DNA from: an uncultured Eubacteriales bacterium
GTDB taxonomy: Bacteria; Bacillota; Clostridia; Oscillospirales; CAG-272
Direction: 5' to 3'
DNA: 64,000 bases
NCBI GenBank assembly: GCA_934467415.1
Contig: CAKSLQ010000003.1
Coordinates: 77,957 to 141,956 of the forward strand
The position numbers were made by a program, and so were the translations under genes. Below the pieces are notes generated by a model, which was not told the origin of the DNA, did no database searches, and saw only the letters and a list, made by a program, of their open reading frames with translations. Below, one piece after another: positions 1-9,640 of the stretch; within the stretch, counting starts at the first letter, position 1, and every line of letters starts with the position of its first letter.

Positions 1-1
1 G

Positions 2-289
2 CGCGTCTTCTTCCGGATCAAGCTGCCCTACATATCCTCGACCGTCCTGTTTGTGACGATCCTTTCGCTCATCAGCTCGTTCAAGATCTTCCGTGAGGTC
101 TACCTGATGACCGGGCGCTATCCCTACGAGCGGTTGTATATGCTGCAGCACTTCATGAACAACACCTTTGAATCGCTGGACTATCAGAAGCTGTCCGCCG
201 CCGCCATCATCATGTGCGCGGTGATGGTCGTTCTGATCGGTGCGCTCTTTCTCATCGACGACAAGCTGGGGAGGGATATCGAGTCGTGA
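2..289 (+). CDS. carbohydrate ABC transporter permease, C-terminal part (5' end outside window)
   Basis: Frame open from window edge (..RVFFRIKLPYISSTVLFVTILSLISSFKIF..). Hydrophobic C-terminal helices typical of MalF-type permeases. Stop overlaps next start in GTGA. Confidence 0.7.
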   Translation, partial: RVFFRIKLPYISSTVLFVTILSLISSFKIFREVYLMTGRYPYERLYMLQHFMNNTFESLDYQKLSAAAIIMCAVMVVLIGALFLIDDKLGRDIES

Positions 290-1197
290 ACGCGAAATTT
301 GTCAAGAAATTCGCCGCCGCACGGAAGACGACGGCGACGGCGCTCATCTTTATCTTCTTCCTCTTCATTTCGATCATCTTCGTCATGCCGACGGTGCTGA
401 CCTTCACCAACTCTCTGATGTCCAAGAGCGAGATCGCCGCCAACTACGGGCAGATCTTCTCGAGTGTGTCGGGCGACGCCAAGGTCTTCGTCTCCGCAAA
501 GTCCAATCTCAAGCTGATTCCCGACATGGTCACCTTTGACCAGTATACCAACGTGCTCATCAAGAACCCGCAGTACCTCATCAAGTTCTGGAACTCGGTG
601 ATCCTGACCGTGCCGATCGTGGCGGGGCAGATCATCGTGGCACTGCTCGCGGCTTACGGCTTTGCCCGCTTCGAGGGCAAGATCCGCAGCCTCATCTTCT
701 TTACCTATGTCATTCTGATGCTGATGCCCTATCAGGTCACGCTGGTGCCGAACCGGCTCGTGGCCGAATGGCTGAACCTCTACGACACGCGGTGGGCGAT
801 CATTCTGCCCGGTATTTTCTCCCCCTTTGCGGTCTTCATCCTGACCAAATTCATGCGCCGCATTCCGAACGCAATGATCGAGGCGGCAAAGCTGGACGGT
901 GCGGGCGAGGTGCAGGTGTTCTGCAAGATCTGCGTGCCGATGTCCAAGGGCATTATCTATTCGGTCGCCATCCTCGTCTTCATCGACTACTGGAACATGG
1001 TCGAGCAGCCGCTCGTGCTGCTCAAGACCTCGGATATGCACCCGCTCTCGGTCTTCCTCTCGGAGATCAACTCGGGAGACGCGGCGCTCGCGTTTGCGGT
1101 GGCAAGCATCTACATGGTCATACCGCTGCTGACCTTCCTATACAGTGAGGACTACATCGTCGAGGGCGTTGCCTACGCCGGCGGCGTCAAAGGCTAA
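286..1197 (+). CDS. carbohydrate ABC transporter permease (MalG-type)
   Basis: GTG at 286 overlaps the upstream stop. Multi-TM pattern with an EAA-loop-like segment IEAAKLDGAGEVQVFCKICVPMSKG. Confidence 0.8.
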   Translation: MNAKFVKKFAAARKTTATALIFIFFLFISIIFVMPTVLTFTNSLMSKSEIAANYGQIFSSVSGDAKVFVSAKSNLKLIPDMVTFDQYTNVLIKNPQYLIKFWNSVILTVPIVAGQIIVALLAAYGFARFEGKIRSLIFFTYVILMLMPYQVTLVPNRLVAEWLNLYDTRWAIILPGIFSPFAVFILTKFMRRIPNAMIEAAKLDGAGEVQVFCKICVPMSKGIIYSVAILVFIDYWNMVEQPLVLLKTSDMHPLSVFLSEINSGDAALAFAVASIYMVIPLLTFLYSEDYIVEGVAYAGGVKG

Positions 1198-1228
1198 GGC
1201 AAACATTTCGTCAAAACAGGAGATACAT

Positions 1229-3382
1229 ATGGAAACGAACAAGCGGGGCTGGATCAAGAATCTCATCATCATCTTTCTCGTGCTGATCCTGATTTTCACC
1301 CTTTTCTCAAACACGTTCATGAACCGCTCGCTGCCCGAGGTCGCCGTCTCCAATTCCGAGAGCGGCACGATCACCACGCAGGTGAAGCTGACCGGTACGG
1401 TCAATGCAAACTCGGTCAAGTCGGTCACGCTCGAGTACGCGCGCAAGATCAATGAAGTGTTCGTGCGCCGCGGTGACACGGTCACGCCGGGCACAGTGCT
1501 TGCCACGCTGGTGGCGGGCGAGAGCACCGAGATCGACAACCTCGAGATCGCGCTCAAGCAGCTCCAGATCGAATACAAGAAGATGCTGGTGGAGACCGAG
1601 GACTCGATCACCACGCTGCGCTATCAGCTGGAGGACGCCGAAAAGGAGCTCGCCGAGCTGAACGACTTTCTCGCCGCGTATCCGACGGCCGACGCGCAGA
1701 AGCAGGCCTACGCCGATCAGATCAAGGTGATGGAAACCCAGATCAAGGCGTATGAGGACAAGATCGAGGCGCGGAACGAGGAGATCGATGCAAAGAAGGA
1801 CGACCTCGACGCCAAGCAGGAGGTCATCGACGACCTGCAAAAGCAGATCAACAAGCTGCATGACGCCGGCATGACGCTGGAGAAGCTCGGCAAGGCCATC
1901 AAGGACGCCGAGCAGGACGTCAAGGACGCCGAAAAGGCGACCAGACGCGCAAAGACCGCGCTGACCTCGGCGGAGAGCGCTGCCAATACCGCATCGCTCC
2001 TGAGCGCAGACGCACTCAAGAAGCTGAACGAGGCCAACGCCGCACTGGAAAAGGCCGAAAAGACGCTGAGCGACCTGAACGCAAAGAAGAATTCGCTGGT
2101 GTCCGAGCGCGAGGCGCTGGATGCCCGCATTGCGGAGCTGGAGGCCAAGACCGACCGCACCGAGGCGGAGGAGGCCGAGCTCGCCGAGAAGAAGACCCGT
2201 CTTGCCGCCGTGCGCAGCGAGATCAGCGACACGAACGCCGCGATCGGGACGGCCGAGACTGCCGTGGCAGACGCCGAGAGCGTACAGACGGCAGCGGCCG
2301 CGGACAGTGAAAAGTATACCGGCCAGCTGCAAACGGCCAACAGCGCCCGCTCTGCGGCGGACGCCGAATACAAGAGCCGCCAGGCTGAGGAAAAGAGCGC
2401 GAAGACTACGCTGGACAACCTGAACGAGGGCTGGTCGCGCGCCCTGCTGGAGGACCGCCTTGCGGAGCGCCAGAGTGAATACGACGCGGTGGCCAAGGAA
2501 CAGAAGCTGCTCAACAAGGACGTCGAAAAGATGACCAAGGAGAAGGAGAAGCTGACCAAGGAGAAGACCGAGCTGGAAACCGACAGCACGACCTTCGAGG
2601 AGAAGACCAAGAAGCAGGTCGAGCTGACCCGCTCGGTGGCGGACTGCAAGACGAAGCTCCGCATTGCCGAGGCGAACGGCGCGATCGACGGCGAGACCGA
2701 GGCGCTCAACCTCTCGATTCAGCGCACGAAAATTGCGCAGAAGCAGCGCGAGATCGAAAAGATGCGCGAGAAGGCGGTCTCCACCGAGATCAAGTCTACG
2801 GTCAGCGGCACGATCAGCACGCTGAACATGACGGCGGGCGATGAGATCGCCGCAGGCACGACGGTGGCCGAGATTGCCACCTCGGACGGCTACACGATGG
2901 AGTGCAGCGTGCCGAACGCCCAGGCATCCCGCCTGCGCGTGGGGCTTGTCGGCGAAGTGCAGTACTATTACTGGGGCGATAAGCCGACCGTCACGATTCA
3001 GACCATCAAGAATGACCCGAACAACTCGGGCAAGAACAAGATTGTCACCCTCACGGTGGACGGCGACGTCGCCGACGGCACGTCGCTCACCGTCACCATC
3101 GGCTCGCAGGGCTCGAGCTACGACTGCATCGTGCCGAACAGCGCAATCCAGGAGGACTCGGACGGCAAGTTCATCCTCGTCGTCACCTCCAAGTCCTCGC
3201 CGCTCGGCAACCGCTACTATGCACAGCGCAAGAACGTCACCGTGCTTGCCTCCGAGGCAACGCGCAGCGCGATTGACGCCTCGCTCTCCTGGGGCGACTA
3301 TGTGATCACGGGCGCGACCGATGCGGACGGCAAGAAGATCCCGATCTCCGACGGTATGCAGGTCCGCATGGCGGAGAAATAA
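1229..3382 (+). CDS. HlyD-family membrane-fusion (periplasmic adaptor-like) protein with a very long coiled-coil insert
   Basis: ATG 1229 preceded by AGGAG. N-terminal TM (WIKNLIIIFLVLILIFTLF). Split lipoyl-like halves (VKSVTLEYARKINEVFVRRGDTVTPGTVLATL ... STVSGTISTLNMTAGDEIAAGTTVAEI) flank roughly 400 aa of E/K/A/L-rich heptad sequence. C-terminal beta-barrel-like region. Confidence 0.75.
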   Translation: METNKRGWIKNLIIIFLVLILIFTLFSNTFMNRSLPEVAVSNSESGTITTQVKLTGTVNANSVKSVTLEYARKINEVFVRRGDTVTPGTVLATLVAGESTEIDNLEIALKQLQIEYKKMLVETEDSITTLRYQLEDAEKELAELNDFLAAYPTADAQKQAYADQIKVMETQIKAYEDKIEARNEEIDAKKDDLDAKQEVIDDLQKQINKLHDAGMTLEKLGKAIKDAEQDVKDAEKATRRAKTALTSAESAANTASLLSADALKKLNEANAALEKAEKTLSDLNAKKNSLVSEREALDARIAELEAKTDRTEAEEAELAEKKTRLAAVRSEISDTNAAIGTAETAVADAESVQTAAAADSEKYTGQLQTANSARSAADAEYKSRQAEEKSAKTTLDNLNEGWSRALLEDRLAERQSEYDAVAKEQKLLNKDVEKMTKEKEKLTKEKTELETDSTTFEEKTKKQVELTRSVADCKTKLRIAEANGAIDGETEALNLSIQRTKIAQKQREIEKMREKAVSTEIKSTVSGTISTLNMTAGDEIAAGTTVAEIATSDGYTMECSVPNAQASRLRVGLVGEVQYYYWGDKPTVTIQTIKNDPNNSGKNKIVTLTVDGDVADGTSLTVTIGSQGSSYDCIVPNSAIQEDSDGKFILVVTSKSSPLGNRYYAQRKNVTVLASEATRSAIDASLSWGDYVITGATDADGKKIPISDGMQVRMAEK

Positions 3383-3394
3383 GGAGGACGACCT

Positions 3395-4426
3395 GTGAAG
3401 AAACGCTACATCGTTCTCGGCGCGCTCGTACTCGGCCTTGCGCTCATCGCGCTCGGCCTCGGCGCGGCGCGGCGCGGCGTCGTCGGTGACGACCGCAGGG
3501 ATTTTGCCGCCGAGACCTTCCGCGGCGCGGCGGAGACGCGGTATGTGCAGCTTTCGCTCTATCCGAAGGAGGAGAAGCATCTCACGCCGGACGGTATGAT
3601 GGCGGTGAAGAACGCGCTGGAGGCGTCGCTCACCGCGGACGGCATTTCGCCGCGCGGCAGCTATCTGCTGGTCGGCAGCGGCGAGACCGCCGTCACGCTG
3701 GCGCGCGAGTCCGCCATGGCGGACGGCATGACCTCGATCAACACCACCGATGCCACGGCAACCGTCTATTTCGGCAGCTGGTTCGGACTGCACCCCACGG
3801 TGCCGCAGAGCGGCGGCTTCGTGGACGCGGGCGAGACCGGCCAGGGCTACTGCGTGATCGACGAGTACACGGCGGCGCGCCTGTTCGGCTCGGTCGATGT
3901 GTGCGGGCTGGACATCACGGTCAACGGGTTTATGTACACCGTCACGGCGGTCGTCCCCGCCGACCGCGGCACCTACAGCGGCTATTACGGCTACACGCCG
4001 CGCGTCTGGCTCTTATACAATTCCCCCGCGATGCTTTCCGCGCGGCTGACCTTCACCTCGCTGGAGGCGGTGCTGCCGAGCACGACCACGGGGCGTGCGC
4101 GCAGCATCTTCCTCGAGGCGGCAAAGAGCTATTACGACGATGAGGGCGAGGTGGTGGAGAACACCGGCCGCTATACCCCCGCGCGGCTCTATCAAAAGGT
4201 GAAGGGCCTGACGAAAATGGCGGTCGCCGAGGGCGACACCTACCCCTACTACGAGAACATTTCGCGCATCCGGGAGACAAAATGCGCCATGATCCTCGTG
4301 TTTGAGGCGGTATGCTGGATGGGTGCGGCCGTCCTCCTTGGCGTACTGCTGTACATCTGGCTGCACCCACTCATCAAGCGGCACCGGGAACGCCGCGCTG
4401 CGAAAAAACTGCACGCCATCGTTTAA
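3395..4426 (+). CDS. bitopic membrane protein with a MacB-periplasmic-core-like extracytoplasmic domain (no FtsX 4-TM bundle)
   Basis: GTG start 12 nt after the adaptor gene. N-terminal TM and one C-terminal TM. Segment CVIDEYTAARLFGSVDVCGLDITVNGFMYTVTAVV resembles the MacB/FtsX extracytoplasmic domain. Confidence 0.5.
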   Translation: MKKRYIVLGALVLGLALIALGLGAARRGVVGDDRRDFAAETFRGAAETRYVQLSLYPKEEKHLTPDGMMAVKNALEASLTADGISPRGSYLLVGSGETAVTLARESAMADGMTSINTTDATATVYFGSWFGLHPTVPQSGGFVDAGETGQGYCVIDEYTAARLFGSVDVCGLDITVNGFMYTVTAVVPADRGTYSGYYGYTPRVWLLYNSPAMLSARLTFTSLEAVLPSTTTGRARSIFLEAAKSYYDDEGEVVENTGRYTPARLYQKVKGLTKMAVAEGDTYPYYENISRIRETKCAMILVFEAVCWMGAAVLLGVLLYIWLHPLIKRHRERRAAKKLHAIV

Positions 4427-4467
4427 CCGGGTGATCTGACCCGACAACAAGGAAAGGAAACGATATC

Positions 4468-6870
4468 ATGAAGAGATTTACGAGAATCCTTGCAGGCGCA
4501 TGCGCGCTGCTGCTGGCGACCGGTTCGCTTACCGGCTGCTTCGGCAGCAAAAAGAAGCTGCCCGATAAGCAGACCGTTGACCATGTCTACAAGTACGAGC
4601 AGCGGGAGCTGTACAAGGTCGCACGCCCGGACGATGACAAGGACGTCACCGAGCGCGAGGACATCTACAACACGCTTTCCGATGTCAACGGCTATATGTT
4701 CCTCGTCTGCCGGTCGGATAAGGACTACAACGAGCTCGGCTACACGCTGCACTACGGCAAGTTTGACGGCGAGGACAAGTCGATAGAGCTGCCCGTGGCC
4801 GAGGATGCGGACAGCTATATCTCCTACGGCAGTTTTGCGCGCTTTGAGGATGGCTTTGCCCTGGTCGAGCAGCGCAACATCCTCATCGACAAGGAAAACT
4901 ATGTGTACGACCAGCAGTCCAATTTGCAGATCTACGACGAGAACGGCGTCTTGCAGTCGACCGTCGATCTGCGGAAGGCGTTCGGCATTCCGGACGACGG
5001 CTACATCAACGTCGAACGGGTGCTGCGGCATGACGATACGCTGTACCTGAGCTGTTACGGCGAAAGCGGAATGACCCTGCAGACGATGAGCCTCGACGGC
5101 ACGCTCGGCAAGACCGTCCCGGTCTTCCCGGACGGCACGGACGGCTACATGAACAACATGTTCTTCACGGCGGACGGCAAGATGATCGTCTGCGCGGACA
5201 TTTACGGCACGGACAGCTCAAAGCAGCTGATTATCACGCTCGACCTTGCCACCGGCGCGCGCACCGAGCTGGATACGAAAAACGACTACCGGCTGGGCAA
5301 TTCGCTGTTTGCGGGCCCCGACGGCACCTTCTACTGCTCGGATCAGAACGGTATCTACACCGTTGACCCGACGACGCTTGCAAAGACCGAGATCCTCAAC
5401 TACATCAACTCGGACTACATCTATAAATACAGCAATTTTACGATGCTGCCCGACGGCAGGATCGCCACCTTCAGAGGCAACTACAACCCGGGCGCCATGG
5501 CCTCGACCTACGCCGTCACCATCTTTACCAAGGTGCCGGACAGTGAGATTACGCCGAAGTACATCATCACGGTGGCGTCGGCGGGCTATGCCTACAATCT
5601 GCAGGAGCAGATCGTCAAGTACAACCTGGCCTCCGAGGAATACCGCATCAAGTATGTGGACTATTCGCAGTACAACACCGATGAGGACTACACGCTGGGG
5701 CAGACCCGCCTCGGCGACGACATCCTTGCGGGCAATGTGCCGGATGTGCTGATCGCCGACCAGCAGTTCTCGGTCTCGAAATACGTCAGCAAGGGGCTGT
5801 TTGCCGACCTCTACACCTTCATCGATAAGGATGAGAGCATGAAGCGCGAGGAATTCCTCGAAAATATCCTTGCCGGCTGTGAGATCGACGGCAAGCTCTA
5901 TGAGATCCCGACCAACTTCTATATTCAGGGGCTGATCGGTCCGAAGGAGACGATCGACACCTTCCGGGACCTCACCATCCGGGAGTTTGTTGACAAGCTC
6001 TCCACCCTGCCCGAGGGCGTGACCTTCTTCCGCGACGGCGACATCACCCGCGAGACCCTGCTGCAGATGCTGTTCCTCACCAACTATCAGAACTTCATCG
6101 ACCGCAAGACCGGCAAGTGCAGCATCAACAACGACGAGTGCCGCGCGCTGCTCGAATTTGCCAAGATGATGCCCGAAAAGAGTCTTTGGGACAGAGAAGG
6201 CTTCGATTCCTCCACGTTTGACTGGGACGCGTACAATAACATGTTCCGCGACGGCAAGGCGCTGGCGCAGGGGGTCTCCATCGGCGACTTCTCCGGCATC
6301 CGGGATTATGCCTACAGCTACGGGAAGGATACGGAGCTTGACTTCATCGGCTTCCCCGCGCCCGACCGTGCCGGCATGAGCTTCACCACGGCAAACCTCA
6401 AGTTCCTCGTCAGCGCAAAGGGCGCGTTCCCGGATGCGTCATGGGAATTCGTCAAGATTTTCCTTGCGGATGATTACCAGACCAACCAGTCCTGGGGCTT
6501 CCCGGTCAAGAAGGCCGCGCTCGACGCAAAGAAGCAGGCGATGCTCGACCAGATCAAGGAGAATGAGAAAAACCGGGACGAAGACGGCGACACGACGGGC
6601 GACGGCAACATCATCGGCGTGGCACGGGCGACGATGATCGACGATGTTTACTATGACGATGTTTACTATCGCCGCGAGGTGACCGCCGCGGATGTCGAGA
6701 CGGTCTACGGCTATGCCTGCACCGCCAAAAAGCAGTTTGTCTATGACACCAGCCTGTTCGACATCATCAACGAGGAGGCTTCCGCCTACTTCGCGGGGAC
6801 GAAAACACTCGACGAGATTCTCCCGCTGATGGAGAGCCGCATCACCATCTTCCTCTCCGAGGGAAGATAA
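4468..6870 (+). CDS. large lipoprotein: beta-propeller-like N-terminal half plus extracellular solute-binding (SBP family 1-like) C-terminal half
   Basis: Signal peptide with lipobox LTGC. C-terminal half has SBP-like sequence (PKYIITVASAGYAYNLQEQ..GNVPDVLIAD..GKLYEIPTNFY). Lies downstream of the ABC permeases. Confidence 0.7.
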   Translation: MKRFTRILAGACALLLATGSLTGCFGSKKKLPDKQTVDHVYKYEQRELYKVARPDDDKDVTEREDIYNTLSDVNGYMFLVCRSDKDYNELGYTLHYGKFDGEDKSIELPVAEDADSYISYGSFARFEDGFALVEQRNILIDKENYVYDQQSNLQIYDENGVLQSTVDLRKAFGIPDDGYINVERVLRHDDTLYLSCYGESGMTLQTMSLDGTLGKTVPVFPDGTDGYMNNMFFTADGKMIVCADIYGTDSSKQLIITLDLATGARTELDTKNDYRLGNSLFAGPDGTFYCSDQNGIYTVDPTTLAKTEILNYINSDYIYKYSNFTMLPDGRIATFRGNYNPGAMASTYAVTIFTKVPDSEITPKYIITVASAGYAYNLQEQIVKYNLASEEYRIKYVDYSQYNTDEDYTLGQTRLGDDILAGNVPDVLIADQQFSVSKYVSKGLFADLYTFIDKDESMKREEFLENILAGCEIDGKLYEIPTNFYIQGLIGPKETIDTFRDLTIREFVDKLSTLPEGVTFFRDGDITRETLLQMLFLTNYQNFIDRKTGKCSINNDECRALLEFAKMMPEKSLWDREGFDSSTFDWDAYNNMFRDGKALAQGVSIGDFSGIRDYAYSYGKDTELDFIGFPAPDRAGMSFTTANLKFLVSAKGAFPDASWEFVKIFLADDYQTNQSWGFPVKKAALDAKKQAMLDQIKENEKNRDEDGDTTGDGNIIGVARATMIDDVYYDDVYYRREVTAADVETVYGYACTAKKQFVYDTSLFDIINEEASAYFAGTKTLDEILPLMESRITIFLSEGR

Positions 6871-6883
6871 AAGGAAATACAGT

Positions 6884-6990
6884 AAAAAATACGGCTGCGC
6901 CGGATTTTTCACACCGATAAGGGCGCGAGCGGTGCGCGAGACGCGAGTGAACGCCCTTGCCCCACTTCAAACGCTCGCCGTTTGAAGTGA
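6884..6990 (+). repeat. intergenic repeat HP-III (terminator-like hairpin + AAGGGCG..CGCCCTT hairpin + variable hairpin), copy 1
   Basis: AAAAAATACGGCTGCGCCGGATTTTT, then AAGGGCG..ACGCGAGTGAACGCCCTTGC, then an 11-bp hairpin 6963-6989. Second copy at 21935-22040. Confidence 0.75.
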
Positions 6991-6996
6991 CTGTTT

Positions 6997-7026
6997 GTAC
7001 GATGCCGCAACGCGGCATCGTACTTT
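6997..7026 (+). terminator. strong hairpin with a short T-tract (probable terminator)
   Basis: Perfect 12-bp stem GTACGATGCCGC / GCGGCATCGTAC with a 3-nt loop, followed by TTTGGTTT. Confidence 0.5.
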
Positions 7027-7083
7027 GGTTTCGGGGGTACTTTAAGATTTTATTAAATTCAAAACATATAAAGGAGAACACAC

Positions 7084-9534
7084 ATGAACAGACGTATACG
7101 GATGCTTGCAGGCGCGCTCGCGGCGGTGCTTGCCGCCGGCAGCCTTGCCGCCTGCGGCGAAAAGAAGCGGAAGCTGCCCGAAAAGCAGGTGCTTGACCAT
7201 GTCTACAAGTATGAGACGAAGACGCTTGCCACTTACGACGAGGTGAAGTGGGACGATGATGCCCAGAGAGATTTCAAGGGCTATACGGAGGTGCAGGACA
7301 CGGTGATCTCACCGGCGGGCTATGCCTACCGCACCGTCACCGTGGACAAGGATTACAACACCACGGCGCAGTCCGTCTCCTTCGGCCGATTTGACGGCAG
7401 CGATCCGGTGACGGTGGACAGCGTCCTGCCGACCGGCAACGGCGACTCGGTCTACTTTTCCGTCACGGCGGTCGTGCCGGAGGGGCTCGCCGCTGTCATG
7501 GACGAAAACCGCGTGGTCGGCGAGCAGAAGGTTGACGGCGAAACGGTTCCGATCTACGAGCGAAAAACCTATCTGCGCATCTTCGGCTTTGACGGCGAAA
7601 AGCTGTCCGAGACCGAGATCACCCCGGCGCTGTTCGGGCTGGCCGACCCGGGCGCAAACGGCTATTTCGGCGTGGGAAACCTCATCACCGACGGCAAGGA
7701 TCTGTACATGACCCTGCGCAGCGACAACACCGAGGCGACGGGCAAGCTCTTTCATCTCGGCGCGGACGGCAGCCCGAAGGAGCCGATCACTCTCGCGGAC
7801 GGCGGGGACTATTACTTCCAGTCGCTCTATTTCTTCGGCGAGGGCAAGCTGTTTGCGTCCTACTATGACCAGAGCGGCGGCGGCTCGGCGGCGTTTATCC
7901 TGGATATCGCGACCGGCAAGAAGACCAAGGTGGAAAGAGACAGCTTCCCCGGCGGCTATGCGGTGCTCTACAACTCCTTCGGCGGTCCGGACGGCATGTA
8001 TCTGTTTGACAGCACCGTCGGCGTGTACAAGCTGGATACCGACGCGATGACGCAGGAGATGGTCTGCAACTTCCTCAATTCGGATTTCATCTTCTCTTCG
8101 GGCAGCATGTCCTATTCCAATCTGCCGCTCGCGTCGCTCGGCGACGGCAGGTTTGCGGCACTGCGCAGCTCGACGAAAAAGGGAAAGACCTCGACACAGC
8201 TCAGCGTGCTGGAGCCTGCCGACCCCGCCGCGCTTCAGCCGAAGTACATCATCACGGTGGCGTCCGCGGGCTATGCGTACAATTTTGAGGAGCAGGTGGT
8301 CAATTTCAATCTCTCCTCGGACGAGTATCGTATCAAGTATGTCAATTACGGCACCTATAATACGACGGAGGATTACACGCTCGGCGTAAAGCAGCTCAAG
8401 GCGGACATCCTGGCCGGCAACGTGCCGGACATCCTGATCGCGGACGAGAGCTTCTCGGCGGCGGATTACATGAACAAGGGCGTCTTCGCCGATCTCTACA
8501 CCTATATCGACAAGGACGAGACCCTGACGCGGGACAAATTCCTGCCCAACATCCTTTCGGCGAGCGAGCTGAACGGTAAGCTCTATGAGCTGCCCACTTC
8601 CGTCTACATCTTCGGCATGATGGGCGAGAAGTCACGGGTCGCCGAATTCGGCGGGCTGACGATGCGTGAGTTTGCCGACAAGGTCGCGGCGCTCCCCGAC
8701 GGCGTGAAGTTCGTGCGCGATGGCGACAACACGCGCGACCAGATGCTGCGGATGCTGTTCTTCATCAACTATGCGGACTTTATCAACCGTGCCGACGCGA
8801 CCTGCGATTTCGACAACGACGATTTCCGTGCGCTGCTCGAATTTGTGAAGACCGTGCCCGAAAAGTTCATGCAGGACGACCCGAATTTCAATTCGGATAC
8901 CTTCGACTGGGACGCGTACAACAACATGTACAAGGAAGGCAAGGCGATCGCCCAGATCTCGGGTCTGACCGATTTCTTCGGCTTCGAGAACATGTCATAC
9001 ACCTTCGGCACGCTGGAGACCGACCTTGTCGGGCTGCCGTCGCGGGACAGAAACGGCTACGCCTTCAGCGCAACCCAGCTCAAATTCCTGCTCAGCGCCA
9101 AGAGCCCGTTTGCGGAGGAGGGCTGGAAGTTTATCCGGCAGTTCTTCACGGACGATGTGCAGACCTCGCTCGAATACGGCTTCCCGGTCACCGTGTCCGC
9201 GCTGAACGCGGCAAAGCAGGCGGCGCTCGACAAGATTGAGAAGCGCGCTGCCGAGCAGAAGGAAGGAACCGGCAAGGTCAACGGCTACATGGTCGGCGAC
9301 AACGGCGTGACCATCCCGATCTACGATCAGGGCACGCGGTATGAGACCGCCGCGGATGTGGAGCACATCTACGACATTGTGATGTCCGCAAAAAAGCCGC
9401 TCGGCTATGATGAAAGCATCTACAATGTCATCATGGAGGAGGCATCGGCGTATTTCTCCGGCGAGAAGAGCGTGGAGGAGGTCACCAAGCTGATTAACAA
9501 CCGGGTGGGGATCATCCTGACCGAAAACCGGTGA
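7084..9534 (+). CDS. large lipoprotein, paralogue of 4468-6870 (propeller-like N-half + SBP-like C-half)
   Basis: AAGGAG SD. Lipobox LAAC. Colinear with the upstream paralogue (KLPEKQVLDHVYKYE; PKYIITVASAGYAYNFEEQ; GNVPDILIAD; GKLYELPTSVY). Confidence 0.7.
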   Translation: MNRRIRMLAGALAAVLAAGSLAACGEKKRKLPEKQVLDHVYKYETKTLATYDEVKWDDDAQRDFKGYTEVQDTVISPAGYAYRTVTVDKDYNTTAQSVSFGRFDGSDPVTVDSVLPTGNGDSVYFSVTAVVPEGLAAVMDENRVVGEQKVDGETVPIYERKTYLRIFGFDGEKLSETEITPALFGLADPGANGYFGVGNLITDGKDLYMTLRSDNTEATGKLFHLGADGSPKEPITLADGGDYYFQSLYFFGEGKLFASYYDQSGGGSAAFILDIATGKKTKVERDSFPGGYAVLYNSFGGPDGMYLFDSTVGVYKLDTDAMTQEMVCNFLNSDFIFSSGSMSYSNLPLASLGDGRFAALRSSTKKGKTSTQLSVLEPADPAALQPKYIITVASAGYAYNFEEQVVNFNLSSDEYRIKYVNYGTYNTTEDYTLGVKQLKADILAGNVPDILIADESFSAADYMNKGVFADLYTYIDKDETLTRDKFLPNILSASELNGKLYELPTSVYIFGMMGEKSRVAEFGGLTMREFADKVAALPDGVKFVRDGDNTRDQMLRMLFFINYADFINRADATCDFDNDDFRALLEFVKTVPEKFMQDDPNFNSDTFDWDAYNNMYKEGKAIAQISGLTDFFGFENMSYTFGTLETDLVGLPSRDRNGYAFSATQLKFLLSAKSPFAEEGWKFIRQFFTDDVQTSLEYGFPVTVSALNAAKQAALDKIEKRAAEQKEGTGKVNGYMVGDNGVTIPIYDQGTRYETAADVEHIYDIVMSAKKPLGYDESIYNVIMEEASAYFSGEKSVEEVTKLINNRVGIILTENR

Positions 9535-9612
9535 CATTTGACCGGCGCAGACTGAATGGCGAAAGGGAAGTGGAATAAGGTTTTGCTGTCTGCATAGCTT
9601 CAAATATAAGTG

Positions 9613-9640
9613 GAAAAGCACCCGTAACGGGTGCTTTTCT
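9613..9640 (+). terminator. rho-independent terminator
   Basis: AGCACCCG-TAA-CGGGTGCT stem-loop followed by TTTTCT. Confidence 0.8.

Noticed and set aside
1307-3793. 828-aa ORF antisense to the HlyD-like gene. Similar long antisense ORFs occur at 12916-14613, 19866-21371, 22338-23429, 34987-36795, 37941-39566, 45608-47878, 48749-50536, 51027-52565, 55989-57656 and 58702-61227.
   Set aside because: In each case the opposite strand encodes a protein with clear conserved family motifs. The antisense translations are Arg/Ala/Gly/His-rich low-complexity sequences, typical of stop-poor frames in GC-rich DNA.
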